The translations under genes were made by a program, and so were the position numbers. From an uncultured Eubacteriales bacterium (GTDB lineage: Bacteria; Bacillota; Clostridia; TANB77; CAG-508), in assembly GCA_949288175.1 (NCBI GenBank), contig CASEIV010000003.1:24043-88042 (forward strand): a DNA stretch of 64,000 nucleotides. The letters are read 5' to 3'. How positions within the stretch are numbered: the first letter of the stretch is position 1; each line of letters starts with the position of its first letter. The notes beneath the pieces were generated by a model, which worked only from the letters and a program-made list of their open reading frames with translations, did not search any database and had not been told where the DNA came from. Shown here piece by piece: positions 45,340 through 57,600 of this stretch.

Positions 45340-46488
45340 CTATCTAAGATCAAGTTTTTCAAAATAATTTAAATACTTATTTGTAAAAATATTCAATTTT
45401 TCTTTCTTTTCTTTTAATAACATCATTAATTTATTAGCTTCTTCATAGGCCATTTCATATTCTTCTTTCGTAATCTCAAATCGTTTTAAAGCTTCTTTTA
45501 GTTCTTTTTCATCTAGCAATATAATTTTTCCGTTAGGCCTTACAACTACATCTAAATATAAATCATCTTCATAAGGTATTCCATTCTCTTTACCTATTTT
45601 TTTTGCGATATCAAAATACCATTCTATAATCTCACTATTTTTATCATAAAATGCAGACAATTTAACTTTAGAACTATAATTATAAAATTCCAATAATTTA
45701 TAGTTGTTATCTATTATAATTTTTCCATTTGGAATCGATATTTTTATATTTGCATTTCTAAAATTATAATAACAAACATCACCATTAAAACAATTTTCCT
45801 CAAAACTTTTTACTAAATATATTAAATCACTGTTAGGTTTCTCCAATTTATGTCTATTGGCATATCTTTTTTTCAATGTAATCCAATATCTCTGATTTAT
45901 TCTTCCATTAGGCATTTTAATTTCATTTTCCAATATTCCTCCATTACTAATAATGGATTTCATTGAAGCAATATTATCCTTATAGCTATCAAGGAATACT
46001 CTCCCTATTCCCAACTCTTTACATTTCTCTAGACCTAATCTTATCTGCTCTGTAGCATAACCTTTTTTTCTTTCTGAAGGACGAATGCTGTTTCTAATGT
46101 GTCCTCCATAATGTAATAATTTTTCATTTAAATAATGGTTAATTTGTATATTTCCAACTATTTTATTATCAGATTTTCGTATTGTTAAGTATATTGTTGA
46201 TGGAACTTCTCCTTCTTCAACTTTTTCTTCTGATAAATCACATTCTATATTTTTTAACCATTTATCAAAATCTTTTATTTTACATAAATTTGCATCTCCG
46301 AAAATCTCGTTTTCATTATTGCGAATAAATTCTTCAACATATTCCTCTATTTGTTTTTTATATTCTTTTGTTGGAAATACCAATTCTAATTCTTCCATAA
46401 ATTCATCTTCTTTCTCATTATACAAGTAATAATGTGACATATTAGTAAATTCATTGAATATTTTATCAAATTGATATTTCTTATTCAA
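45340..46488 (-). CDS. hypothetical protein with a central GNAT acetyltransferase domain
   Basis: GNAT acetyl-CoA motif (KKGYATEQIRLGLEKCKELGIGRV). Confidence 0.5.
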   Translation of the reverse strand: MNKKYQFDKIFNEFTNMSHYYLYNEKEDEFMEELELVFPTKEYKKQIEEYVEEFIRNNENEIFGDANLCKIKDFDKWLKNIECDLSEEKVEEGEVPSTIYLTIRKSDNKIVGNIQINHYLNEKLLHYGGHIRNSIRPSERKKGYATEQIRLGLEKCKELGIGRVFLDSYKDNIASMKSIISNGGILENEIKMPNGRINQRYWITLKKRYANRHKLEKPNSDLIYLVKSFEENCFNGDVCYYNFRNANIKISIPNGKIIIDNNYKLLEFYNYSSKVKLSAFYDKNSEIIEWYFDIAKKIGKENGIPYEDDLYLDVVVRPNGKIILLDEKELKEALKRFEITKEEYEMAYEEANKLMMLLKEKKEKLNIFTNKYLNYFEKLDLR

Positions 46489-46584
46489 TTCTTTTATAAA
46501 AATTCTGCTATTAGAACTTTATACTGACTGCAATCTTTTACAGAATAAAGGTATTTTTTCGCAAATTTATTTTTATACATTATA

Positions 46585-46620
46585 AAACTCCCATATTATC
46601 AAAATATAGGAGTTTCTTTT
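46585..46620 (-). terminator. terminator of the cotJ operon
   Basis: aaactcccatattatcaaaatataggagttt followed by a T-run. Confidence 0.55.
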
Positions 46621-47226
46621 TTAATTGCAGCCACAATTGTTATTATGATTCATATAATATTTCTTTTCTGCTAATTTATCTTGAACACCTCTTAATGCTT
46701 CTCCAAATCTTTGGAAGTGTACGATTTCTCTTTCTCTTAAATATCTTAATGGATCTAATACATCTGGGTTATCTCTACATAAGTCTATTAATTTTTCATA
46801 CGTAGCTCTTGCTTTTTGTTCTGCTGCTAAATCCTCTTGCAAGTTTGCGATTGGGTCTCCTTTACAAGCGATTGCCACTGCATTAAATGGAAATCCTGCT
46901 GCTGCTTGTGGATATACATCCACACCATGGTCTGTGTAATATGCACTTAATCCTGCTTTTTCTATTTCTTCAATACTTGCTCCTTTTGTTAATTGGTGTA
47001 CGATGGTTCCTACCATTTCTAAGTGAGCTAATTCTTCTGTACCAATATCATTTAAAATTGCTTTTGCATTTTGGTCTGGCATTCCAAATCTTTGAGACAA
47101 ATATCTAAGTGATGCTGCCAATTCTCCATCTGGTCCACCATATTGTGATATGATTACTTTTGCAAGTCTTGGGTCTGTACATTTGATATTAATTGGGTAT
47201 TGTAACATTTTATTATATGTCCACAT
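46621..47226 (-). CDS. cotJC: spore coat protein CotJC (manganese catalase family)
   Basis: Ferritin-like Mn-catalase motifs; 201 aa. Confidence 0.85.
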   Translation of the reverse strand: MWTYNKMLQYPINIKCTDPRLAKVIISQYGGPDGELAASLRYLSQRFGMPDQNAKAILNDIGTEELAHLEMVGTIVHQLTKGASIEEIEKAGLSAYYTDHGVDVYPQAAAGFPFNAVAIACKGDPIANLQEDLAAEQKARATYEKLIDLCRDNPDVLDPLRYLREREIVHFQRFGEALRGVQDKLAEKKYYMNHNNNCGCN

Positions 47227-47558
47227 TTAAAAATTCCCCCTTTCCCATGGCCATGGTTCTTCAAGCCATCTCCATTTATTGCAAATGGTCCAAATACCTT
47301 TTGATATTTATCCTTTAATTCTTTTACTTCCTTACAATATTTTCTATGCAAACAAAGTGCTTTTTGGTCATTTGGGTGTGTATCTAAATATAGAGCTAAT
47401 TCGGTTATCGCAAATTCAAGACATCTAATCTGCTCAGCCATTTCTCTTCTTTCATCACAATCCACTGTTCTTTCAGTATCTTGCATTTGGTTATAATACA
47501 TTGCTTCATTTTCTTCACAACCACAATTTCTATTTTGATTTATTGACATTTGTTGCAC
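47227..47558 (-). CDS. cotJB: spore coat protein CotJB with an apparent -1 frameshift (probably a T-run length error near 47270). The true C-terminus ...NKWRWLEEPWPWERGNF is in another frame and ends at 47227.
   Basis: Frame 0 carries ...EQIRCLEFAITELALYLDTHPNDQ...FGPF. Frame 2 carries the CotJB hallmark PWPWE C-terminus. Confidence 0.65.
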
Positions 47559-47899
47559 CCCTTTCCTATTTCATTGGTCATCGCAATATAATTAATTTCT
47601 TCCATTGATTGACCTGGTGAATATGGACTTACCAATTCAGGAAAAATCGTTCCCATTTTTAATCCTACACATGGTTTAAATGTCCTATCTATATATTGGA
47701 TTGGAACATAACTTTGTGCTAGCATTGGATTTTCTGGGAATACACTTTGTTCTTCATCAAATCCACAATCACAACTATTTGAATTGTCTTCATAAGATAC
47801 AACATTATTACATTTTGTTTCCATGATGTCATTTTGCATTTCACATGAATTATTTGAATAATTGTTGTTCATACAATAGCATTTTCTTCTACTAAACAT
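47540..47899 (-). CDS. cotJA: spore coat protein CotJA (true start probably internal)
   Basis: PF-like YVPIQ...SPYSPG core. A CATACATA sigma-E-like -10 lies upstream at ~47935. Confidence 0.55.
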   Translation of the reverse strand: MFSRRKCYCMNNNYSNNSCEMQNDIMETKCNNVVSYEDNSNSCDCGFDEEQSVFPENPMLAQSYVPIQYIDRTFKPCVGLKMGTIFPELVSPYSPGQSMEEINYIAMTNEIGKGCNKCQ

Positions 47900-48047
47900 A
47901 TTAAAATTCCTCCTTTTGTTACATTATATGTATGGTAACAAAAAAGGTTGACATTTTCATTATGAATTTCTATACAAAATATATTTTATCTTTTTTATAG
48001 TAAATTCTTTTATTTTATGATATAGTACTTTCAAAAGGAGGAATTAA

Positions 48048-48437
48048 ATGATGGATATAAATTTATTAATTGAAACTGCTAAAAAAGCAAGAGAAAATTC
48101 TTATTCCCCTTATTCCAACTATAAAGTGGGTTGTGCATTACTTACTAAAAATGGAAAGATTTTTTCTGGATGTAATATTGAAAATGATGGACTTATGTCT
48201 ATATGTGCAGAAAGAGTTGCTTTTACCAAAGCCATTTCTGAAGGTGAAAAAGAATTTGAATGTATTTTAGTATTAGGTGGAAAAGAAGAATTACAATATA
48301 CCTCTCCTTGTGGATATTGTAGACAATTTATGTCTGAATTTTGTGATAAAAATTTTGAAATTTATATGTATTATGATAATAATAAAATGGATAAAAAAAT
48401 ATTAGCAGATTTATTACCTGATAGTTTTGATTTATAA
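48048..48437 (+). CDS. cdd: cytidine deaminase
   Basis: CAERVAF and PCGYCRQF zinc motifs. Confidence 0.9.
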   Translation: MMDINLLIETAKKARENSYSPYSNYKVGCALLTKNGKIFSGCNIENDGLMSICAERVAFTKAISEGEKEFECILVLGGKEELQYTSPCGYCRQFMSEFCDKNFEIYMYYDNNKMDKKILADLLPDSFDL

Positions 48438-48519
48438 TTTAAAATAAAAATTACTTAATAATAAAACATCAAAAAACTCATCATATGATGAGTTTTTTCT
48501 ATATCATTGTTGTTTCATC

Positions 48520-49965
48520 TTATACTCTTGCAACTCCACCGATAACTTTGTTTTCTGTTGCATCTGGTAATATTTTTGGTCCTCCTGCAAGAACAACTTT
48601 ATCACCTTTTTCTAAGATTCCTTCTTTTTCTAATTCAGCAATTCCTTTTTGAATTGTATCTTCAATTGTTTTTCCATCTTTGATTAAAATTGGTGTTACA
48701 TTCCATGTAACTGCTAATTGATAATATGTTTGTTCATTATCTGTTACAGCAAATATAGGGCAACCAGGTCCCATACCAGCAATCATTCTTACTGAATCAC
48801 CTTTATGTGTATAAGCAACAATTGCATCTGCTTCTACTTGGTAAGCTGTTACACATGTTGTATAAGCAATATTTTTTTCTAAATCTTCTGAATCTATTTT
48901 TTTGAAGTTCTTTCTATTAAATCTCTTCCAGTAATTAACTGTTCCTTCAATAGCTTTTGATATCTTAACCATTGTTTCAACACATTCTACTGGATATTTA
49001 CCCATAGCACATTCTCCAGAAAGCATGATACAACTTGTCATATCATATACAGCATTTGCAACGTCACTAACTTCTGCTCTTGTTGGTCTTGGATTAGAAG
49101 TCATTGATTCTAGCATTTGTGTAGCTGTTACTACTGGTTTACCAACTTGGTTACATCTCTTAATAAAGTGTTTTTGAACAATTGGAACTTGTTCCATTGG
49201 TATTTCAACACCCATATCTCCACGAGCTACCATGATACCATCTGATATTTCTAAAATTTCTTCAAAGTTATCAATACCCTCTTGGCTTTCGATTTTTGAT
49301 ATGATTTTGATGTGCTCTCCACCATTTGCTTTTAATAAATCTTTGATTGCCTGAACATCTGATGCTCTTCTTACAAATGAAGCAGCTATGAAATCAAATC
49401 CTGCTTTAATTCCATTTGTAATATCATCAATATCTTTTTGTGCTAAAGCTGGTAAGTTTAATTTTAATCCAGGCACATTCATTGTTTTTCTGCTTCCTAA
49501 TCTTGCTGTGTTTAATGCTTTACATTTAATATCTTTTCCAACAACTTCTACAACTTCAAACTCTAAAGCTCCGTCATCAACTAAGATTTTAGCTCCTGGT
49601 TTTACATCTTGATATAAGTTTTTGTAACTAATTGTTGTTTTTGTTTCATTTCCAATAATATCATCATGAACAAATGTAAATTCTTGTCCTTCATTTATTG
49701 TTACTTTTTCGTCTCCAGATTCTAATTTTCCTGTTCTAATTTCAGGTCCTTTTGTGTCTAATAATAAAGCAACTGGTTTGTTTAATTTTTCTCTTACTTT
49801 TTTTATTGTTGCTATTTTTTCTGCGTTTTCTTCATATCCTCCGTGTGAAAAGTTAATTCTTGCTACATTTAATCCTGCTAAAACTAAATTTGTAAACATT
49901 TCTTCACTTTCACTTGCTGGTCCTATTGTACCAATGATGTTTGTTTTTCTTAAAACTTCTTTCAT
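48520..49965 (-). CDS. pyk: pyruvate kinase
   Basis: Full-length PK similarity. Confidence 0.95.
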   Translation of the reverse strand: MKEVLRKTNIIGTIGPASESEEMFTNLVLAGLNVARINFSHGGYEENAEKIATIKKVREKLNKPVALLLDTKGPEIRTGKLESGDEKVTINEGQEFTFVHDDIIGNETKTTISYKNLYQDVKPGAKILVDDGALEFEVVEVVGKDIKCKALNTARLGSRKTMNVPGLKLNLPALAQKDIDDITNGIKAGFDFIAASFVRRASDVQAIKDLLKANGGEHIKIISKIESQEGIDNFEEILEISDGIMVARGDMGVEIPMEQVPIVQKHFIKRCNQVGKPVVTATQMLESMTSNPRPTRAEVSDVANAVYDMTSCIMLSGECAMGKYPVECVETMVKISKAIEGTVNYWKRFNRKNFKKIDSEDLEKNIAYTTCVTAYQVEADAIVAYTHKGDSVRMIAGMGPGCPIFAVTDNEQTYYQLAVTWNVTPILIKDGKTIEDTIQKGIAELEKEGILEKGDKVVLAGGPKILPDATENKVIGGVARV

Positions 49966-50116
49966 TTTCTTATTCCTCCCTTATTTCTTAAAAACCAGAG
50001 CTTATTATATCACACTATAAGAACGGTTTTCAACATTTTTTTATTATTTTTTACATAATCTTAAAAAATTATACTTTTCTAATATTTTTCTTCTTTGTAT
50101 TATTTCGTTCTTTGTT

Positions 50117-50881
50117 TTAATATATTTTAATAATTGCATGTAAAATTTTGTCATCTTCACTTTTTATAACCACTATATTTTCCCCATTTTCTTTTGCATA
50201 TTTACATTTTGCGATTTCTCCTAATTTTATTTGATTTTTATATTGTATTCTAATATGATTAAATGGTCTTTTTTTATATTCTTCTTCTGGCAAAGCTTCA
50301 TATGCTAAATATAAATAATATAAATTATGCATATGGCCAATTACATCGATATCTCTTCTTCTAGTCGTATACGTCATTTCACTTATATATTCTTTTGGCT
50401 CTTTTATTTTTTCAATTTTTTTGTCTTTAAAAACTGCCTTCTCTGTTTCTGATTTGTATCTGTCTGCTATTCCTGGTTCTACTCTTGCTATTTTTTCTGT
50501 TTTGCTATCTACTAATAACCATTTTGAAGTCGCAATTGCACATAAATTGTTTTTTTCATCATAAACTTCAAAATCACGAAAAGCATAAAATTTTTCTATT
50601 CCTCTGGACCAGGTATGAATATCTAGAACTTGTCCATATGTTGGCCTTTTTAACACTTCTAGTTCCCAGTCTAATAATAACCAATTCCAATGTGTTTCTT
50701 CTGTTGTATTAATCCCAATCCCTACACTGTCAGAATGATATGCTGCAATATCTTCTAAGTATTCTAAAATAGCAATATTGCTTACTTCATCTCTAGCCCA
50801 TACATCTTTTAATCCTATTTTAAATTTTTCCTTATATATCATGTTTTTCTCCTTCCGTCCTTTTAGGACACTCCAAATCAA
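50117..50881 (-). CDS. acyl-ACP thioesterase (start likely MIYKEKF at ~50842)
   Basis: Two hot-dog domains, FatA/FatB-like. Confidence 0.65.
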   Translation of the reverse strand: MIWSVLKGRKEKNMIYKEKFKIGLKDVWARDEVSNIAILEYLEDIAAYHSDSVGIGINTTEETHWNWLLLDWELEVLKRPTYGQVLDIHTWSRGIEKFYAFRDFEVYDEKNNLCAIATSKWLLVDSKTEKIARVEPGIADRYKSETEKAVFKDKKIEKIKEPKEYISEMTYTTRRRDIDVIGHMHNLYYLYLAYEALPEEEYKKRPFNHIRIQYKNQIKLGEIAKCKYAKENGENIVVIKSEDDKILHAIIKIY

Positions 50882-50922
50882 ACATTTTCTAGTTCTTTTT
50901 GGCGTGTCCCTAATCTTTTATT

Positions 50923-52230
50923 TTAATATCCTGGTTTTTCTAATAATTTAAACATATTCTTTTTGTATTCCTCTACACCTGGTTGATTAAATGGATTAAC
51001 TCCTAATATATTTCCAGACATAGCACATGCTTTTTCAAAGAAATAAATTAATTCTCCTATATTTTCTTCATCTAGTTTTTCCATTTCTATCACAATGTTT
51101 GGAACATCTCCTGATACATGTGCTTTTATCGTTCCTTCCATTGCTTTTTTATTAACATAGTCTAGTCCTTTTCCAGCCAGATAATTTAATCCATCTAAGT
51201 TATCATCATCTGGATGAATGGTTATATCTGAATTTGGTGTTTTTATACTAATAACAGTTTCAAATAAATTTCTTCTTCCTTCTTGAATATATTGTCCCAT
51301 AGAATGTAAATCTGTTGTAAAATCAACACCTGCTGGGAAGATTCCCATTTGATTTTTTCCTTCACTTTCTCCAAATAATTGCTTCCACCATTCTGTAAAA
51401 TAGTGCATTTTTGGTTCATAATTTACTAAAATTTCGGTGTTTTTATATAATTTGTATAATATATTTCTCACAACTGCATATTTATAGCATTCATTATATT
51501 TCAAGTTTGGATCATCATATCTGTCTTGCGCTATTTTTGCTCCCATCATTAATTTATCAATATCAATTCCTGCTACTGCAATTGGTAATAATCCTACTGC
51601 TGTTAATACGGAATATCTGCCACCTACATTATCAGGGACAATAAATTGTTCATATCCTTCGTTTTGTGCAAGTGTTTTTAAGGCTCCTTTTGTTTTATCA
51701 GTTGTTGCATATATTCTGCTTCTTGCCTCATCAATTCCATATTTGTTTTCTAAGATTTCTCTAAAGATTCTAAAAGCAACAGCTGGTTCTGTTGTTGTTC
51801 CAGATTTTGATATCACATTTACTGAAAAATCTTTATCTCCAATATATTCAATTAATTCATTAATATAATTTGGACTTAAATTGTTTCCAACATATAACAC
51901 TTGAGGATATTTTCTTTGTTTGTTTGGTAACATATTGTAAAACGAACTGGTTAATGCTTCAATAACAGCTCTTGCTCCTAAATAAGACCCTCCAATTCCA
52001 ATAACAACTAATATATCAGATTCTTTTTTTATCTTTTTTGCTGCTTTTTTTATTCTTGCAAATTCTTCTCTATCATAGTTTGTTGGTAATTCTAACCATC
52101 CAACAAAATCTTTTTCATCATTTGCTCTTCTATGCAAATCTTTATGTATATTTTCTACTTGTTCTTTGTATGCTAAGATTGTTTTTTGTGTAATTCCTGC
52201 GTGTTTTAAATTTAAACTAATATTTGCCAT
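50923..52230 (-). CDS. pgi: glucose-6-phosphate isomerase
   Basis: Full-length PGI similarity. Confidence 0.95.
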   Translation of the reverse strand: MANISLNLKHAGITQKTILAYKEQVENIHKDLHRRANDEKDFVGWLELPTNYDREEFARIKKAAKKIKKESDILVVIGIGGSYLGARAVIEALTSSFYNMLPNKQRKYPQVLYVGNNLSPNYINELIEYIGDKDFSVNVISKSGTTTEPAVAFRIFREILENKYGIDEARSRIYATTDKTKGALKTLAQNEGYEQFIVPDNVGGRYSVLTAVGLLPIAVAGIDIDKLMMGAKIAQDRYDDPNLKYNECYKYAVVRNILYKLYKNTEILVNYEPKMHYFTEWWKQLFGESEGKNQMGIFPAGVDFTTDLHSMGQYIQEGRRNLFETVISIKTPNSDITIHPDDDNLDGLNYLAGKGLDYVNKKAMEGTIKAHVSGDVPNIVIEMEKLDEENIGELIYFFEKACAMSGNILGVNPFNQPGVEEYKKNMFKLLEKPGY

Positions 52231-52306
52231 ATGAATACCTCTTTTCTTCTTTTTATTTTATGGTTATTATATCCAACTTGTTATCATATTGCAAGATATT
52301 AAAATA

Positions 52307-52364
52307 AAAAATCGAGATTTCGAGGAAGTGTCCAATTGGACACTTCCTCGAAATCTCGATTTTA
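52307..52364. terminator. 27-bp perfect inverted repeat (4-nt loop), terminator of spoIIP
   Basis: aaaatcgagatttcgaggaagtgtcc aatt ggacacttcctcgaaatctcgatttt. Confidence 0.75.
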
Positions 52365-53565
52365 TTTCATAATTTCATCCATGACTTTTGCTAAGTATTT
52401 CATGCTTGTTAGACATTGTTCTAATGTGTTTCCTGTTGCTCCTACTTCTATGATATTTGCATATTTTCCTGTGTGTTGGTTATATCTGGAAGTTGTTAGC
52501 ATAATTGGTTTAAATAGTCCTGGATATAGTTCTTCTGCTTTTTCCTGTACTTTGATAGCAAACTTTAAGTTTTGATTCCAATTAGGATGCCATAATCCTC
52601 CTGCATTTGTTCCGAATTACAAACATGATTTGTGCTGCTTCTTCATCTCCAATTTTGACTGTTGGGGCATAATCACTTCTGCTTCCTATCGCATCTCTAT
52701 GTAAGTCAATAATAATATCTGATGGATTTGTTTGTAATAAGCTTTCTACTGTTTTTAAAGAATTTGTATAAGAACCATTATATGATGGATAATCATGATA
52801 ACTTGTATCATGAATTACATTATATCCATACTGTTGTAATTGTGTAGTAAGTTCTGTTCCTACTCTTGTAACTGTGAAGTTTAAATCAGTTGTTCTAAAA
52901 TTTCCAGTTGGTGTATAGGGATATAAGTCACTTGAGGTATAACTTTCACAACTATGGGTATGAAATATCATAACATTTTTATTTTCAATCGTAATATCTG
53001 GTGTTAACATTTCTTGGGTTAATTCATAATCTGTTTGGTTTCTTATTTTGACATTACCATATTGTGCATTATAATTTTCTGCTACTGGATTATTGGTGAT
53101 AACCTCTGTTCCTACATCTGTTGTCGCTAATTCTACCTCTTGTTCTGTCTCATTTGTATTTTCTGTATCTTCTTCTCCTTCTGTTTCCGATATCTCTTCC
53201 ATATTCTGAATTTCATCTATAGAACTAATTTGGGTTTCTAACATTGATTTTAATATATCATTTTCACTTAACTTCTCTTTTTCCTTTTCTTCACTATGAT
53301 TAATAGATGCTACAACAGGAAGTGTAGCATCTAAACAGGATAATAAACTATGACTAGATAATTGATTGGTTACATTTTCTACTTTTTGTGTTACTTGCTC
53401 TGTATTTTTCTTTGCTCTAGAAAAATAATTGGTGATACTAAATATTAATAAAATGAGTACAAATATACATATAATATATTTTACGATATCCCTTAATCTT
53501 AATACTGTTACATTAAACATATACCTTTCTCCTTTGTCCAATTTCCTATATATATGTATATGCAA
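52364..53565 (-). CDS. spoIIP: stage II sporulation protein P (SpoIIP), broken near 52614 by an extra C before GGA
   Basis: ORF 52582..53565 ends ...IMFVIRNKCRRIMAS. Deleting the C gives ...FVIGTNAGGLWHPNWNQNLKFAIKVQEKAEELYPGLFKPIMLTTSRYNQHTGKYANIIEVGATGNT...MK and a stop adjacent to the terminator. Confidence 0.75.
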
Positions 53566-53590
53566 AAGTTTTAGAAATATTATTCATTTT

Positions 53591-54091
53591 TTATATATTT
53601 AAAAAGTATATAGAAATATTTAAATATGTTGCAAAAAGTAACCATAAAACATAAGGTACTAATAAAATTCCAGATAGTTTATTTTGTCTATAAAATTGAT
53701 AAGTCATAATAATTACCAATATATCTAAAATGATAATCCATAAGACAGACAGTAATCTAAGCCTAAATACAAAGAATATAAATGTCCACAAATAATTAAA
53801 AATTAACTGAGTGTAATACAGTTGTTGGGTTTCTTTTGGTAGTTCTCCTTTTTCTTTCAACAACGTATAAGATATTCCTATTAACAAATAAATAATTGTC
53901 CATGCAATTGGAAATACAATCCCTGGTGGAGATAATATTGGTTTTATTAAGTCATTATAATCCATAAAACCAGATGTAATCATTCCAACAATTCCTCCAA
54001 TGATTAATGGCAATATTGCATGGAATATCTTTTTTACATTTTGATTGCTTTTTATATAAAATCCCTCCTCTCTTAATAAAAGGTATTTCAA
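53591..54091 (-). CDS. tspO: TspO/MBR family tryptophan-rich sensory protein
   Basis: Five TM helices; PPGIVFPIAWTIIY motif. Confidence 0.75.
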   Translation of the reverse strand: MKYLLLREEGFYIKSNQNVKKIFHAILPLIIGGIVGMITSGFMDYNDLIKPILSPPGIVFPIAWTIIYLLIGISYTLLKEKGELPKETQQLYYTQLIFNYLWTFIFFVFRLRLLSVLWIIILDILVIIMTYQFYRQNKLSGILLVPYVLWLLFATYLNISIYFLNI

Positions 54092-54209
54092 AATATAAAA
54101 TTTATGATATTCTATTAGGGATTTTTGTAACTTATAAACTTTATATAAAAATATATGATTTCAAGTAAAAGGGACCCTCAGAGCTTATGCTCTTTGGGTC
54201 CCTTCTCCA

Positions 54210-54641
54210 TCAATAAAAAAGAAATTTTTCCAGCATGTTCTCAAACTTATCCAGGTACAAATTCAATTCATCTGGTATTACTGCCGATGATTGACTAAGC
54301 CGACAATTCATATGAGTATATATAATTGTCAAGCAAATCGACAATTTTCTCATTGTGTCCATTTTTACATTCGGACATACTATAGTATGTCCATATGTTA
54401 CTTCATACATTTCCATTCTGCCAAAATTTATAGCTTTTAGCAGCTGGAGCAATTCAACATACGGTTTATACTTGCGTGCCCACCTTGAGTTTTCATTGAG
54501 GTATGCCTCTAAGTTATCCCGTAGTCTTTCTTTTAACCTTTCGATTTTTTTCAACTGCTCTTTTTTCTTTTTTTTCATATTTTTGAACTCCTTTCTATTT
54601 AAATACAGCTCTTTTCTACCTAAGCTTATGCTTTTGACCAC
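54210..54641 (-). CDS. hypothetical K-rich protein (143 aa). Coding status uncertain: contains a perfect 20-bp palindrome ggacatactatagtatgtcc and an in-frame CGG.
   Basis: ORF only; locally elevated GC. Confidence 0.25.
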   Translation of the reverse strand: MVKSISLGRKELYLNRKEFKNMKKKKKEQLKKIERLKERLRDNLEAYLNENSRWARKYKPYVELLQLLKAINFGRMEMYEVTYGHTIVCPNVKMDTMRKLSICLTIIYTHMNCRLSQSSAVIPDELNLYLDKFENMLEKFLFY

Positions 54642-54699
54642 ATTATTATATCATAGATTTACATAATGAGCAATAGGATGGATTTTATATATCATCTCT

Positions 54700-57600
54700 C
54701 TATTCCTCTTTCACCAGCACATTCTCATTTCCAATAATCCATCTAAAAATGTCTAAGATATCTTCTGTTACATACATCTGCCCACAACTTTTGTTTTCAC
54801 TATCCACTTGAACAAAAACAGGCATATTATTTTTATCTCCATTGAAATATTTTATAGCACCTCTTAATTTCTTCTTTTCTTCTTCATCAGCATTCGTAAT
54901 ATTTAATACCAAAATCTTATGTTTTTGTTCTCCAAAATCTTTGATATCATTGGCAACAATTTTTGTGGCATCATCTTCACGAATACTTAATCTTCCTTCT
55001 ACTAATACAATGTTTTCTTCTGCTAAGCTTGAACCTGCTTTCATATAGGCATTTTCAAATACAATAATCTCTGCTTGACCATATAAATCTTCGATGGTAA
55101 CAAATGCCATAATCTTGTTATTTTTTGTATATTTCTTTTTGATTGATGTGATAATTCCTGCATATTTCACATGATCTCCATCAGAAAATTTTGGCTTTTC
55201 TAAATTGATTTCTCCAGCATCATATTGCATTGATGAATTTTGCTCATCAATTTCTTTCATTTGCATTGTATTAATATTGGTTTGCATTTCTATCTGGTGT
55301 CTTAATTTTTCCAATGGATGTCCTGATATATAAATTCCTAACATTTCTTTTTCTGTTGATAGTAAATCTCTTTCTGACATTTCTTCATGTTCTTCAAATA
55401 CATATTTCTTTTCATTCATTTCCTTTTTATCTTCTTCAGAGCCTAAATCAAACATAGAAACTTGTCCTGAAAATCCTTTTTTCTTACTACTTTGAATGGT
55501 ATCCACAATATTTTCAAAAGAAGCAAGTAATGTACTTCTCGTTTGTTCAAAATTATCGAACACACCTGCTTTTATTAAGCTTTCAATACATTTTTTGTTA
55601 ACAGCATCATCTGCAATTCTTTCACAAAAATCTGTAAAACCTTTGTAATCCCCATGCTCATTTCTTTCTCGAACAATGTTGTCTACTGGCACAGTTCCTA
55701 CATTTTTGATGCTCCCTAACCCAAATCGAATTTTTCCATCTTCAACTGTAAATTTAGTACTACTCTTATTAATTTCTGGTTTTAAAATTTCGATTCCTAA
55801 GTTTTTACATTCATCAATATATTGTGGAACTTTATCTAAGTTTCCTAAAAAGCTATTTAAAGTTGCTGCCATAAATTCTGCTGGATAATATGCTTTTAAA
55901 TAGGCTGTCCTATATGCAACAACTGCATAACAAGCAGCATGTGATTTGTTAAATGCATATTTTGCAAATTCTGCCATTTCATCAAAGATTTTATTCGCTG
56001 ATTCTGCGTCAATTCCATTTCTTACACAACCAGGAACAACTACATTTCCATTTTCATCTACTTGTCCATTGATGAAAACTTCTCTTTCCTTTGCCATGAC
56101 ATCTAGCTTTTTCTTTCCCATAGCTCTTCTTACTAAGTCTGCTCTTCCTAAAGAATAGCCTGCCAAATTACGAACGATTTGCATAACTTGTTCTTGATAT
56201 ACCATACAACCATAGGTTACGTTTAATATTGGCTCTAAGCTTGGGTGAGTATATTCATTATGTCCTGGATGTTGTTTTCCTTTAATATATCTTGGAATTT
56301 GGTCCATTGGTCCTGGTCTGTATAGTGAAACACCAGCAATTAAATCTTCTAGGCAGTCTGGTTTTAGTTCCTTCATGAAGTTAGTCATTCCTTGTGACTC
56401 AAATTGGAATATACCACAAGATTTTCCTTCTTGCCATAATTTATATACCTTAGGGTCTGCCATCTCTTTATCAAATTCTACTTTAATTCCTCTATCTTTT
56501 TCCACCATTTCAATGGTATCTTGAATAACGGTTAAAGTTCTTAATCCCAAGAAGTCCATTTTTAATAATCCTAGTTCTTCTAATGTTGTCATGATATATT
56601 GGGTAGAAATTTGTCCATCACGAACATACAAAGGAATATAGGTATCTACTGGATCTTTTGTAATAACCACTCCACAAGCATGGGTAGATGCCTGTCTTGG
56701 CATTCCTTCTAATCCCATAGCAATATCTAATAAGTTTTTCACTTGTGGGTCATTTTCATATTTTTCTCGTAATTCTATATTTTGTTCTAACGCTTTTTTG
56801 ATGGTAATATGTAATTCATTTGGTATCATTTTTGCCAAGGTATCTGCTTCTGCATAAGGCACATCTAATACTCTTGCTACATCTCGAATAACCATTCTTG
56901 CAGACATGGTTCCAAAAGTAATAATCTGTGAAACATGGTCATGTCCATATTTTTCAGATACATAGTCAATCACTTCTTGTCTATGCGCATCACTAAAGTC
57001 TACATCAAAATCAGGCATACTAATTCTTTCTGGGTTTAGAAATCTTTCAAATAGTAAATCATATTTCATTGGGTCTATATCTGTAATTTCAATGGCATAT
57101 GCAATAATAGAACCTGCACCTGAACCTCTTCCTGGTCCTACTGAAATATTGTGTGTTTTCGCATAATGGATAAAATCCCACACGATTAGAAAGTAGTCTA
57201 CATATCCCATCTTTTTGATAACACCAATTTCATATTCTGCTCTATCTAAAATTTCTTTGCTTGAATTTTCTCCATATCTCTTTTTGATACCATCATCACA
57301 AAGTTTTTTGAAATAATCATAATGTGTCGGATATTCTGGTGGTACATCATAGTTCGGTAATATGGTATGTCCAAATTCAAATTCCACATTACATTTATCT
57401 GCGATTTTCACTGTATTTTCTATAGCGTCTGGAAAAGCACTAAAATATTCTGACATTTCTTCTGGAGATTTAACATATAGCTCATCTGTATCAAATCGCA
57501 TTCTATCAGGATCACTCATTCTTTTTCCTGTTTGAATACATAATAAAACTTCATGATTATAAGCATCTTCTCTTTTTAAGTAATGGGCATCATTTGTAGC

